Shown here in pieces: positions 8,353 through 17,548 of a stretch of 29,237 bases of DNA. The DNA is taken from the sequence record NC_028943.1. One strand, 5' to 3'. Positions within the stretch are counted from its first letter, which is position 1; every line of letters starts with the position of its first letter. Origin of the DNA: Escherichia phage pro483. The notes under the pieces are model-generated. The model had not been told where the DNA came from and made no database searches. It saw nothing but the letters and a program-made list of their open reading frames with translations. The position numbers were made by a program, and so were the translations under genes.

Positions 8353-10124
8353 CAGTAAAACTCCAGAATGGTGGATGTCAGCGGGGTGCTGATACCGGCG
8401 GTGAGTGGCTCATTTAACAGGGCGTGCATGGTCGCCCAGGCGAGGTCGGCGTGGCTGGCTTCCTCGCTGCGGCTGGCCTCATAGGTGGCGCTGCGTCCGC
8501 TGCTGGTCATGGTCTTGCGGATAGCCATAAACGAGCTGGTGATGTCGGTGGCGCTGACGTCATATTCCAGACAGCCACGGCGAATAACGTCTTTTGCCTT
8601 GAGCACCATTGCGGTTTTCATTTCCGGCGTGTAGCGGATATCGCGTGCGGCGGGATAGAACGAGCGAACGAGCTGGAACACGCCGACACCGAGGCCGGTG
8701 GCATCAATTCCGATGTATTCGACGTTGTATTTTTCGGTGAGTTTGCGGATGGATTCAGCCTGGGTGGCAAAGTCCATGCCTTTCCACTGGTGACGCTCAA
8801 GTATTCTGAATTTGCCACCGGCCACCACCGGCGGTGCCAGCACCACGCATCCGGCACTGTCGCCACGGTGTGACGGGTCGTAACCAATCCAGACCGGGCG
8901 GGAGCCGAACGGATTCGCGGCAAACGGCGCATAGTCTTCCCATTCTTCCAGCGTGTCGACCATGCAGCGTTGCAGCTCCTCGAACGGGAACACCGACGCC
9001 TTGTCGTCAACAAATTCACACATGAACAGGTTTTTAAAATCGTCGGCGCTGTTTTCGCGTTTAAGCTGCTCAATGTCGAACAGCGTGCAGCCACCTTTCA
9101 GGGCGTCCTCAATGGTGACAATCTGCCGCCACTGACCGTCCGCACAGAGAAGCCCACCGGCAAGAGCGTTATGACTGACGTCGATTTCCACGCGTTCGGC
9201 GGCGCTGGCGCGTCCCCGGTTGAACAGTTCACCCGACCAGAACGGGTAGGCGTCGTGCGCCAGCGTGGACGGGGTGGAGAAATAGGTCGAGCGCAGGTGA
9301 CTCTGTGAGGCCATACCTGATGCCACCTTACGCAGTACCTGAAAATTCGGTATCCAGAAAATCTCGTCGACGTACAGGTCGCCGTTATGGCTCTGCGCGG
9401 TGTTGGAGTTGGTGCCGAGAAAAATCAGTTTTGCGCCGTTATTGCCCAGGACAATCGGGTCACCGGTCAGGTCAACGTCAACCAGCCGGGCAAAGGCGAT
9501 GATGTATTCGCGGAACACATACGCCTGCGTTTTACTGGCCGACAGAAAAATCTGGTTATGACCGGTTTTCAGGGCGCGCAGCAGCGCCTCGCGGGAAAAA
9601 TAAAACGTCGCGCCAATCTGGCGGGATTTCAGGATATCGCGGATGCGGTGCTCAAGCCCGGCGCGATACCAGTGCAACTGATATTCGAAAGACTGCTCAA
9701 AGAAAATCTGCTCCAGCTTTTCGATAGCCTCGTCACTGAAAAAATTCTTTTTCGGTTTGCGCCGCCCGCCTTTGTTGCGGTTAGCGATGTTCGGATTAAG
9801 GTCTGCCTCGTTGCCGGTCTGGCTGTAGCGGTTTACCCGTGCCAGTCGTTCAATCTGGCGTCCGAGCAGGTCAATTTCCTTGAAGTCACCGCCGGTTTTC
9901 TGCGGTTTGATGATGAGCTGGGTCAGCCGCGCTTCCAGACTCATTTCGACACGGCTGATGGGGGCAACGCTGTCCCAGCCGTCGCGCTGTTTCCAGCTCT
10001 GCACCGTCGGGCGTTTCATCTGCAACATGGCGGCAATCTGCGGCACGGAAAACCCCTGCCAGTACAGCAGCGCCGCCTGCCGACGCGGGTCGTGTAAAAG
10101 AGTGGTGTCTGTGGTGATGGTCAT
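8352..10124 (-). CDS. P: Terminase large subunit, ATPase (P2 gpP)
   Basis: 590 aa from ATG at 10124 (MTITTDTTLLHD...; the ORF track starts at an upstream TTG); large minus-strand ORF paired with the portal gene. Confidence 0.9.
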   Translation of the reverse strand: MTITTDTTLLHDPRRQAALLYWQGFSVPQIAAMLQMKRPTVQSWKQRDGWDSVAPISRVEMSLEARLTQLIIKPQKTGGDFKEIDLLGRQIERLARVNRYSQTGNEADLNPNIANRNKGGRRKPKKNFFSDEAIEKLEQIFFEQSFEYQLHWYRAGLEHRIRDILKSRQIGATFYFSREALLRALKTGHNQIFLSASKTQAYVFREYIIAFARLVDVDLTGDPIVLGNNGAKLIFLGTNSNTAQSHNGDLYVDEIFWIPNFQVLRKVASGMASQSHLRSTYFSTPSTLAHDAYPFWSGELFNRGRASAAERVEIDVSHNALAGGLLCADGQWRQIVTIEDALKGGCTLFDIEQLKRENSADDFKNLFMCEFVDDKASVFPFEELQRCMVDTLEEWEDYAPFAANPFGSRPVWIGYDPSHRGDSAGCVVLAPPVVAGGKFRILERHQWKGMDFATQAESIRKLTEKYNVEYIGIDATGLGVGVFQLVRSFYPAARDIRYTPEMKTAMVLKAKDVIRRGCLEYDVSATDITSSFMAIRKTMTSSGRSATYEASRSEEASHADLAWATMHALLNEPLTAGISTPLTSTILEFY

Positions 10125-10297
10125 GAATACCTCGCCGTGATGAATACACGGCAAGGCTACTGAGTCGCGCCCCGCGATTCGCTAAGGTGCTGTTGTGTCA
10201 GTTATAAGCCATCCGGGACTGATGGCGGAGGATGCGCATCGTCGGGAAACTGATGCCGACATGTGACTCCTCTAATCACTATTCAGGACTCCTGACA
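10125..10297. promoter_or_regulatory. Divergent P/O intergenic region, expected site of Ogr-dependent late promoters
   Basis: Position only: 173-bp gap between divergent late operons. I could not find a clean TGT-N12-ACA activator motif by eye. Confidence 0.4.
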
Positions 10298-11152
10298 ATG
10301 GCAAAAAAAGTCTCAAAATTCTTTCGTATCGGCGTTGAGGGTGACACCTGTGACGGGCGTGTCATCAGTGCGCAGGATATTCAGGAAATGGCCGAAACCT
10401 TTGACCCGCGAGTCTATGGTTGCCGCATTAACCTGGAACATCTGCGCGGCGTCCTGCCTGACGGTATTTTTAAGCGTTATGGCGATGTGGTCGAACTGAA
10501 GGCCGAAAAGATTGACGATGATTCGGCGCTGAAAGGCAAATGGGCGCTGTTTGCGAAAATCACCCCGACCGATGACCTTATCGCGATGAACAAGGCCGCG
10601 CAGAAGGTCTATACCTCAATGGAAATTCAGCCGAACTTTGCCAATACCGGCAAATGTTATCTGGTGGGTCTGGCCGTCACCGATGACCCGGCAAGCCTCG
10701 GCACGGAATACCTGGAATTCTGCCGCACGGCAAAACACAACCCCCTGAACCGCTTCAAATTAAGCCCTGAAAACCTGATTTCAGTGGCAACGCCCGTTGA
10801 GCTGGAATTTGAAGACCTGCCTGAAACCGTGTTCACCGCCCTGACCGAAAAGGTGAAGTCCATTTTTGGCCGCAAACAGGCCAGCGATGACGCCCGTCTG
10901 AATGACGTGCATGAAGCGGTGACCGCTGTTGCTGAACATGTGCAGGAAAAACTGAGCGCCACTGAGCAGCGCCTCGCTGAGATGGAAACCGCTTTTTCCG
11001 CACTTAAGCAGGATGTGACTGACAGGGCGGATGAAACCAGCCAGGCATTCACCCGCCTGAAAAACAGTCTCGACCACACCGAAAGTCTGACCCAGCAGCG
11101 CCGCAGCAAGGCCACCGGTGGTGGCGGTGACGCCCTGATGACGAACTGCTGA
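10298..11152 (+). CDS. O: Capsid scaffolding protein (P2 gpO)
   Basis: 284 aa from ATG 10298 (MAKKVSKFFRIG...); same length as P2 O; precedes the major capsid gene. Confidence 0.9.
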   Translation: MAKKVSKFFRIGVEGDTCDGRVISAQDIQEMAETFDPRVYGCRINLEHLRGVLPDGIFKRYGDVVELKAEKIDDDSALKGKWALFAKITPTDDLIAMNKAAQKVYTSMEIQPNFANTGKCYLVGLAVTDDPASLGTEYLEFCRTAKHNPLNRFKLSPENLISVATPVELEFEDLPETVFTALTEKVKSIFGRKQASDDARLNDVHEAVTAVAEHVQEKLSATEQRLAEMETAFSALKQDVTDRADETSQAFTRLKNSLDHTESLTQQRRSKATGGGGDALMTNC

Positions 11153-11210
11153 CCGGCGTCAGTCAGTCCGGGAAAACCTTCACGATTAACCCTTAATTTC
11201 AGGAAAAACT

Positions 11211-12284
11211 ATGCGCCAGGAAACCCGCTTTAAATTTAATGCTTACCTGTCCCGTGTTGCCGAACTGAACGGCATCGACGCCGGTGATGTGTCGAAAAAA
11301 TTCACCGTTGAACCGTCGGTCACCCAGACCCTGATGAACACCATGCAGGAGTCCTCTGACTTTCTGACCCGCATCAACATTGTGCCGGTCAGCGAAATGA
11401 AAGGGGAAAAAATTGGCATCGGTGTCACCGGCTCCATCGCCAGCACCACCGACACCGCCGGTGGCACCGAGCGCCAGCCGAAGGATTTTTCGAAGCTGGC
11501 GTCCAGTAAGTACGAATGCGACCAGATTAACTTCGATTTTTATATCCGCTACAAAACGCTGGACCTGTGGGCGCGTTATCAGGATTTCCAGCTCCGTATC
11601 CGTAACGCCATTATCAAACGTCAGTCCCTTGATTTAATCATGGCCGGTTTTAACGGCGTGAAGCGTGCCGAAACCTCTGACCGCAGCAGCAATCCGATGC
11701 TGCAGGATGTGGCGGTCGGCTGGCTGCAGAAATACCGCAATGAAGCCCCGGCGCGCGTGATGAGCAAGGTCACTGACGAGGAAGGCCGCACGACCTCTGA
11801 GGTTATCCGCGTGGGTAAGGGCGGTGATTATGCCAGCCTCGATGCACTGGTGATGGATGCAACCAACAACCTGATTGAACCGTGGTATCAGGAAGACCCT
11901 GACCTTGTGGTGATTGTGGGACGTCAGCTACTGGCGGACAAGTATTTCCCCATCGTTAACAAGGAGCAGGACAACAGCGAGATGCTGGCCGCTGACGTCA
12001 TTATCAGCCAGAAACGCATCGGCAACCTGCCGGCGGTACGCGTCCCGTACTTCCCGGCGGATGCGATGCTCATCACGAAGCTGGAAAACCTGTCCATCTA
12101 CTACATGGATGACAGCCATCGCCGCGTGATTGAGGAAAACCCGAAACTCGACCGCGTGGAGAACTACGAGTCAATGAACATTGATTACGTGGTGGAAGAC
12201 TACGCCGCCGGTTGTCTGGTGGAAAAAATTAAGGTCGGTGATTTCTCCACCCCGGCTAAGGCGACCGCAGAGCCGGGAGCGTAA
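11211..12284 (+). CDS. N: Major capsid protein (P2 gpN)
   Basis: 357 aa, same as P2 N; position after the scaffold gene. Confidence 0.93.
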   Translation: MRQETRFKFNAYLSRVAELNGIDAGDVSKKFTVEPSVTQTLMNTMQESSDFLTRINIVPVSEMKGEKIGIGVTGSIASTTDTAGGTERQPKDFSKLASSKYECDQINFDFYIRYKTLDLWARYQDFQLRIRNAIIKRQSLDLIMAGFNGVKRAETSDRSSNPMLQDVAVGWLQKYRNEAPARVMSKVTDEEGRTTSEVIRVGKGGDYASLDALVMDATNNLIEPWYQEDPDLVVIVGRQLLADKYFPIVNKEQDNSEMLAADVIISQKRIGNLPAVRVPYFPADAMLITKLENLSIYYMDDSHRRVIEENPKLDRVENYESMNIDYVVEDYAAGCLVEKIKVGDFSTPAKATAEPGA

Positions 12285-12287
12285 CCG

Positions 12288-13031
12288 ATGACGAGTCCCG
12301 CACAGCGCCACATGATGCGGGTCTCGGCAGCGATGACCGCGCAGCGGGAAGCCGCCCCGCTGCGACATGCAACTGTCTATGAGCAGATGCTGGTCAAGCT
12401 GGCCGCAGACCAGCGCACACTGAAAGCAATTTACTCAAAAGAGCTGAAGGCCGCGAAAAAACGCGAACTGCTGCCGTTCTGGTTGCCGTGGGTGAACGGC
12501 GTGCTGGAGCAGGGCAAAGGTGCACAGGATGACATTCTGATGACGGTCATGCTGTGGCGTCTGGATACCGGCGATATTGCCGGTGCGCTGGAGATTGCCC
12601 GTTATGCCCTGAAGTACGGTCTGACCATGCCGGGTAAACACCGCCGCACCCCGCCGTACATGTTCACCGAGGAGGTGGCGCTCGCGGCCATGCGCGCCCA
12701 CGCTGCCGGTGAGTCTGTGGATCCCCGCCTGCTGACGGAGACCCTCGAACTGACCGCCACGGCTGACATGCCTGATGAAGTGCGCGCAAAGCTGCACAAA
12801 ATCACCGGTCTGTTTCTGCGTGACGGTGGTGATGCCGCCGGTGCGCTGGCTCACCTGCAACGTGCGACACAGCTCGACTGTCAGGCAGGCGTCAAAAAAG
12901 AGATTGAACGACTGGAGCGGGAGCTGAAACCGAAGCCGGAGCCGCAACCCAAAGCGGCCACCCGTGCCACGCGTAAGACCCGGAGCGTGACACCGGCAAA
13001 ACGTGGACGCCCGAAAAAGAAAGCCAGTTAA
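12288..13031 (+). CDS. M: Terminase small / endonuclease subunit (P2 gpM)
   Basis: 247 aa, same as P2 M; lysine/proline-rich basic C-terminal tail. Confidence 0.88.
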   Translation: MTSPAQRHMMRVSAAMTAQREAAPLRHATVYEQMLVKLAADQRTLKAIYSKELKAAKKRELLPFWLPWVNGVLEQGKGAQDDILMTVMLWRLDTGDIAGALEIARYALKYGLTMPGKHRRTPPYMFTEEVALAAMRAHAAGESVDPRLLTETLELTATADMPDEVRAKLHKITGLFLRDGGDAAGALAHLQRATQLDCQAGVKKEIERLERELKPKPEPQPKAATRATRKTRSVTPAKRGRPKKKAS

Positions 13032-13130
13032 CAACCGAATGCGCCCCGCGCCAGGGCGGCACGCCGGTCAGTGAGGGTGAATCACCTGACACTACACCGG
13101 CGTCCACCGCCCGACTTTTCAGAGGTAGTC

Positions 13131-13640
13131 ATGATGACGCTGATTATTCCGCGAAAGGAGGCTCCCGTGTCCGGTGAGGGTACGGTGGTCATCCCGCAAC
13201 CGGCAGGCGACGAGCCGGTGATTAAAAACACGTTCTTTTTTCCCGATATCGACCCGAAGCGCGTCCGGGAACGTATGCGCCTTGAGCAGACCGTCGCCCC
13301 CGCCCGTCTGCGTGAGGCCATCAAGTCAGGCATGGCTGAAACGAATGCGGAGCTGTACGAGTACCGCGAACAGAAAATTGCTGCCGGTTTTACGCGTCTG
13401 GCGGACGTCCCGGCGGACGACATCGACGGTGAAAGCATCAAAGTTTTTTACTACGAGCGCGCCGTGTGTGCGATGGCGACCGCGTCGCTTTATGAACGTT
13501 ATCGCGGTGTGGATGCCAGTGCGAAAGGCGACAAGAAGGCCGACAGCATTGACAGCACCATTGATGAGCTGTGGCGGGATATGCGCTGGGCAGTGGCGCG
13601 CATCCAGGGCAAGCCGCGCTGCATCGTGAGTCAAATCTGA
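13131..13640 (+). CDS. L: Head completion/stabilisation protein (P2 gpL)
   Basis: 169 aa from ATG 13131 with AGAGGTAG Shine-Dalgarno (the ORF track starts earlier); matches P2 L length. Confidence 0.85.
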   Translation: MMTLIIPRKEAPVSGEGTVVIPQPAGDEPVIKNTFFFPDIDPKRVRERMRLEQTVAPARLREAIKSGMAETNAELYEYREQKIAAGFTRLADVPADDIDGESIKVFYYERAVCAMATASLYERYRGVDASAKGDKKADSIDSTIDELWRDMRWAVARIQGKPRCIVSQI

Positions 13641-13843
13641 TGAAGACCTTTGCGCTACAGGGCGACACGCTCGACGCCATTTGTGTCCGGTATTACGGGC
13701 GCACTGAGGGCGTGGTTGAGACCGTGCTCGCCGCAAATCCGGGACTGGCTGAACTGGGTGCGGTGCTGCCACACGGCACCGCCGTCGAACTGCCCGACGT
13801 TCAGACCGCGCCCGTGGCTGAAACTGTCAATCTGTGGGAGTAA
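13640..13843 (+). CDS. X: Tail protein X (P2 gpX)
   Basis: 67 aa from ATG 13640 overlapping the L stop (ATGA); MKTFALQGDTLDAICVRYYG... Confidence 0.8.
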   Translation: MKTFALQGDTLDAICVRYYGRTEGVVETVLAANPGLAELGAVLPHGTAVELPDVQTAPVAETVNLWE

Positions 13844-13846
13844 CGC

Positions 13847-14128
13847 ATGACAGCAGAAGAAAAAAGCGTCCTGTCGCTTTTCATGATTGGGGTGCTGATT
13901 GTTGTCGGCAAGGTGCTTGCCGGTGGTGAACCCATCACCCCGCGTCTGTTTATCGGGCGCATGTTGCTCGGTGGTTTTGTCTCGATGGTTGCCGGTGTTG
14001 TTCTGGTGCAGTTTCCTGACCTGTCACTGCCTGCGGTGTGCGGTATCGGCTCCATGCTGGGTATCGCCGGTTATCAGGTGATTGAGATTGCCATTCAGCG
14101 CCGCTTTAAGGGCAGGGGGAAACCGTAA
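13847..14128 (+). CDS. Y: Holin (P2 gpY)
   Basis: 93 aa with hydrophobic transmembrane stretches and a charged C-terminus; first gene of the lysis cassette. Confidence 0.85.
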   Translation: MTAEEKSVLSLFMIGVLIVVGKVLAGGEPITPRLFIGRMLLGGFVSMVAGVVLVQFPDLSLPAVCGIGSMLGIAGYQVIEIAIQRRFKGRGKP

Positions 14129-14625
14129 TGCCGGTTATTAACACGCATCAGAATATCGCCGCCTTTCTCGACATGCTGGCCGTGTCCGAAGGGACGGCGA
14201 ATCATCCGCTGACGAAAAACCGGGGCTATGACGTGATAGTCACCGGACTGGACGGGAAGCCGGAAATTTTCACCGACTACAGTGACCACCCGTTCGCACA
14301 TGGCCGACCGGCGAAGGTGTTTAACCGTCGCGGTGAAAAATCCACGGCCTCCGGTCGCTATCAGCAGCTTTACCTGTTCTGGCCGCATTACCGCAAACAG
14401 CTTGCCCTGCCGGATTTCAGTCCGTTGTCACAGGACAGACTTGCCATTCAGTTGATCCGCGAACGCGGTGCACTGGATGACATCCGGGCGGGACGCATTG
14501 AGCGAGCCATTTCACGCTGTCGAAATATCTGGGCGTCCCTGCCGGGTGCCGGTTACGGTCAGCGTGAGCATTCACTGGAAAAACTGGTCACCGTCTGGCG
14601 TACCGCTGGCGGCGTACCGGCTTAA
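14128..14625 (+). CDS. K: Endolysin, lysozyme-like (P2 gpK)
   Basis: 165 aa, same as P2 K; follows the holin with ATGA-type overlap. Confidence 0.9.
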   Translation: MPVINTHQNIAAFLDMLAVSEGTANHPLTKNRGYDVIVTGLDGKPEIFTDYSDHPFAHGRPAKVFNRRGEKSTASGRYQQLYLFWPHYRKQLALPDFSPLSQDRLAIQLIRERGALDDIRAGRIERAISRCRNIWASLPGAGYGQREHSLEKLVTVWRTAGGVPA

Positions 14626-14639
14626 ACGGAGTAAACACC

Positions 14640-15065
14640 ATGAAGAAATTATCCCTTTCACTGATGCTGCACGTGTCGCTGGCGCTGATGCTGGCACTGT
14701 CCCTGATTTACCCGCAGAGCGTGGCCGTCAATTTTGTCGCTGCCTGGGCGATTCTGGCGACGGTTATCTGTGTGGTTGCCGGTGGTGTCGGCGTGTATGC
14801 CACTGAGTATGTGCTGGAACGCTACGGGCGGGAGCTGCCGCCGGAATCGCTGGCCGTGAAGATTGTCGCGTCGCTGTTTTTGCAGCCGGTGCCGTGGCGC
14901 AGACGGGCGGCGGCTCTGGTGGTGATGGTGGCGACGTTTATCTCGCTGGTCGCTGCCGGGTGGATTTTTACCGCGCTGATTTACCTCGTGGCGTCGGTGT
15001 TCTTCCGGTTGATACGCACGGCCTGTCGTCAGCGTTTTGAGGGGCGGGAACCATGTCAAAGCTGA
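14640..15065 (+). CDS. lysA: Lysis accessory membrane protein LysA
   Basis: 141 aa, multiple hydrophobic segments; P2 lysA position and length. Confidence 0.8.
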   Translation: MKKLSLSLMLHVSLALMLALSLIYPQSVAVNFVAAWAILATVICVVAGGVGVYATEYVLERYGRELPPESLAVKIVASLFLQPVPWRRRAAALVVMVATFISLVAAGWIFTALIYLVASVFFRLIRTACRQRFEGREPCQS

Positions 15066-15478
15066 TGATTGTGCTGGTTGTGTTGTTATCACTGGCGGTG
15101 GCCGGTCTGTTTCTGGCGAAGCATGAAAACGCCAGCCTGCGCACCTCGCTGGACAGGGCGAACAACGTCGCCAACGGGCAGCAGACGACCATCACCATGC
15201 TGAAAAATCAGCTTCATGTTGCCCTCACCAGAGCAGACAAAAACGAGCTGGCGCAGGTGGCACTGCGTCAGGAACTGGAGAACGCCGCGAAGCGTGAAGC
15301 ACAGCGCGAGAAAGCCATCACGAGGTTACTCAATGAAAACGAAGATTTTCGCCGCTGGTACGGCGCTGACCTGCCTGATACTGTGCGCCGGTTGCACCAG
15401 CGCCCCGCCTGCGCCGACGCCAGTGATTGTCAACAACGCCTGCCCGAAAGTGAGTCTTTGCCCGATGCCGGGCAGTGA
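15053..15478 (+). CDS. lysB: Lysis protein LysB (Rz-like inner-membrane spanin)
   Basis: 141 aa, N-terminal transmembrane segment (LMIVLVVLLSLAVAGLF) then a charged coiled-coil-like region. Confidence 0.8.
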   Translation: MSKLMIVLVVLLSLAVAGLFLAKHENASLRTSLDRANNVANGQQTTITMLKNQLHVALTRADKNELAQVALRQELENAAKREAQREKAITRLLNENEDFRRWYGADLPDTVRRLHQRPACADASDCQQRLPESESLPDAGQ

Positions 15479-15623
15479 CCCGCAGACGAACGGCGATTTA
15501 AGTGCCGATATCCGGCAGCTTGAGAACGCGCTGGCACGCTGTGCCAGCCAGGTAAAAATGATTAAACACTGTCAGGACGAAAACGATGCTCAAACCCGAC
15601 AGCCTGCGCAGGGCGCTGACTGA
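15333..15623 (+). CDS. lysC: Lysis protein LysC (Rz1-like outer-membrane lipoprotein spanin), embedded in the +1 frame of lysB
   Basis: 96 aa from ATG 15333; signal peptide with lipobox (LILCAGC) and a proline-rich stretch; overlaps the 3' half of lysB out of frame and extends past it. Confidence 0.75.
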   Translation: MKTKIFAAGTALTCLILCAGCTSAPPAPTPVIVNNACPKVSLCPMPGSDPQTNGDLSADIRQLENALARCASQVKMIKHCQDENDAQTRQPAQGAD

Positions 15624-16053
15624 TGCCGTCACGGTGCTGAAAACTAACCCCGATATGTTGCGGATATTCGTGGATAACGGGAGTATTGCCTCCACACTGG
15701 CGACGTCGCTGTCATTCGAAAAGCGTTACACGCTCAATGTGATTGTGACCGACTTTACCGGTGATTTTGACCTGCTCATCGTGCCGGTGCTGGCGTGGCT
15801 GCGGGAAAATCAGCCCGACATCATGACCACCGACGCAGGCCAGAAAAAGGGCTTCACGTTTTATGCGGACATCAACAATGACAGCAGCTTTGATATCAGC
15901 ATCAGCCTGATGCTGACCGAGCGCACGCTGGTCAGTGAGGTGGACGGCGCGCTGCATGTGAAGAATATCCCGGAACCCCCGCCGCCGGAGCCGGTCACCC
16001 GCCCGATGGAGCTTTATATCAATGGTGAACTGGTGAGTAAGTGGGATGAATGA
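15586..16053 (+). CDS. R: Tail completion protein R
   Basis: 155 aa, same as P2 R; position after the lysis cassette. Confidence 0.85.
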   Translation: MLKPDSLRRALTDAVTVLKTNPDMLRIFVDNGSIASTLATSLSFEKRYTLNVIVTDFTGDFDLLIVPVLAWLRENQPDIMTTDAGQKKGFTFYADINNDSSFDISISLMLTERTLVSEVDGALHVKNIPEPPPPEPVTRPMELYINGELVSKWDE

Positions 16054-16498
16054 GTTTAAGCGTTTTGAAGACCGGCTGACCGGACTGATTGAGTCGCTGT
16101 CACCGTCAGGGCGTCGGCGACTGAGCGCCGAACTGGCGAAACGTCTGCGTCAGAGTCAGCAGCGCCGGGTGATGGCACAGAAAGCCCCGGACGGCACACC
16201 CTACGCACCACGCCAGCAGCAGAGCGCCAGAAAAAAGACCGGTCGCGTTAAGCGAAAAATGTTTGCGAAACTTATCACCAGTCGTTTTTTGCATATCCGC
16301 GCCAGCCCGGAGCAGGCATCAATGGAGTTTTACGGCGGGAAGTCGCCGAAAATCGCCAGTGTGCATCAGTTCGGTCTGTCGGAAGAAAACCGGAAAGACG
16401 GTAAGAAAATTGATTATCCGGCGCGTCCTCTGCTCGGCTTTACCGGTGAGGATGTGCAGATGATTGAAGAGATTATCCTGGCTCACCTCGACCGTTAG
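16046..16498 (+). CDS. S: Tail completion protein S
   Basis: 150 aa, same as P2 S; overlaps the R stop. Confidence 0.85.
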   Translation: MNEFKRFEDRLTGLIESLSPSGRRRLSAELAKRLRQSQQRRVMAQKAPDGTPYAPRQQQSARKKTGRVKRKMFAKLITSRFLHIRASPEQASMEFYGGKSPKIASVHQFGLSEENRKDGKKIDYPARPLLGFTGEDVQMIEEIILAHLDR

Positions 16499-16564
16499 TT
16501 GTGCCATTCCCGACACCTCATCGGCACATTGCCGCCGGTATGACCCGGCGGCATCCTTCCCGTT
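16499..16564 (+). promoter_or_regulatory. S/V intergenic region with dyad and hairpin (expected late promoter for the V operon)
   Basis: TGTGCC (16500-16505) ... GGCACA (16523-16528) inverted repeat; perfect 8-bp stem GCCGCCGG-tatgac-CCGGCGGC (16531-16552) 13 bp upstream of the V ATG. Confidence 0.4.
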
Positions 16565-17200
16565 ATGAACACTCTCGCAAATATTCAGGAACTCGCGCGC
16601 GCACTGCGCAACATGATCCGCACCGGCATTATCGTCGAAACCGACCTTAACGCCGGTCGCTGCCGTGTGCAGACCGGCGGCATGTGCACCGACTGGCTTC
16701 AGTGGCTGACCCATCGCGCCGGACGTTCGCGCACATGGTGGGCACCTTCCGTGGGGGAACAGGTGCTGATTCTGGCCGTGGGCGGTGAACTCGACACGGC
16801 GTTCGTTCTGCCGGGGATTTATTCCGGCGATAACCCCGCGCCGTCTGCGTCGGCGGATGCCCTGCATATCCGTTTCCCTGACGGGGCGGTGATTGAGTAT
16901 GAACCCGAAACCAGTGCACTCACGGTAAGCGGAATTAAAACGGCCAGCGTGACGGCTTCTGATTCTGTTACTGCCACGGTGCCGGTGGTCATGGTGAAAG
17001 CGTCAACCCGCATCACCCTGGACACCCCGGAGGTGGTCTGCACCAACAGACTGATTACCGGCACGCTGGAAGTGCAGAAGGGCGGGACGATGCGCGGCAA
17101 CATTAAACATACCGGCGGTGAACTCTCATCAAACGGTAAGGTACTGCATACCCATAAACACCCCGGCGACAGCGGCGGCACAACCGGGAGTCCTCTATGA
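16565..17200 (+). CDS. V: Baseplate spike / assembly protein V
   Basis: 211 aa, same as P2 V. Confidence 0.9.
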   Translation: MNTLANIQELARALRNMIRTGIIVETDLNAGRCRVQTGGMCTDWLQWLTHRAGRSRTWWAPSVGEQVLILAVGGELDTAFVLPGIYSGDNPAPSASADALHIRFPDGAVIEYEPETSALTVSGIKTASVTASDSVTATVPVVMVKASTRITLDTPEVVCTNRLITGTLEVQKGGTMRGNIKHTGGELSSNGKVLHTHKHPGDSGGTTGSPL

Positions 17201-17544
17201 CAGCGCGTTATCTTGGAATGAATCGCAGTGATGGCCTGACTGTCACTGACCTTGAGCATATCAGCCAGAGTATCGGCGATATCCTGCGCACGCCGGTCGG
17301 CTCACGGGTGATGCGTCGTGATTACGGCTCATTGCTGGCGTCAATGATTGACCAGCCGCAGACCCCGGCGCTTGAGTTGCAGATTAAGGTCGCCTGTTAC
17401 ATGGCGGTGCTGAAATGGGAACCCCGCGTCACCCTGTCATCCGTCACCACTGAGCGCAGTTTTGACGGGCGAATGACGGTCACGTTAACCGGCCAGCACA
17501 ACGACACCGGCCAGCCACTTTCGTTAACCATCCCTGTGAGTTGA
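17197..17544 (+). CDS. W: Baseplate wedge protein W (gp25-like)
   Basis: 115 aa, same as P2 W; ATGA overlap with V. Confidence 0.9.
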   Translation: MTARYLGMNRSDGLTVTDLEHISQSIGDILRTPVGSRVMRRDYGSLLASMIDQPQTPALELQIKVACYMAVLKWEPRVTLSSVTTERSFDGRMTVTLTGQHNDTGQPLSLTIPVS

Positions 17545-17548
17545 AACC

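Noticed and set aside
9387-10097. 236-aa plus-strand ORF
   Set aside because: Entirely antisense within the terminase large-subunit gene P; no Shine-Dalgarno; P is the confidently recognised frame.
10232-10297. Upstream in-frame ATG extending the O scaffold ORF by 22 codons
   Set aside because: The extension gives a non-conserved N-terminus; the ATG at 10298 yields the P2-length 284-aa product.
10125-10297. Search for the P2-type TGT-N12-ACA late-activator motif in the late intergenic regions
   Set aside because: No exact match at the expected spacing in the P/O, S/V or upstream-of-FI regions by eye; I annotated the regions by position only rather than invent a site.
14658-15092. 144-aa minus-strand ORF rich in Arg/His/Gln
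   Set aside because: Antisense to lysA/lysB; no plausible start context; the lysis cassette frames are well supported.
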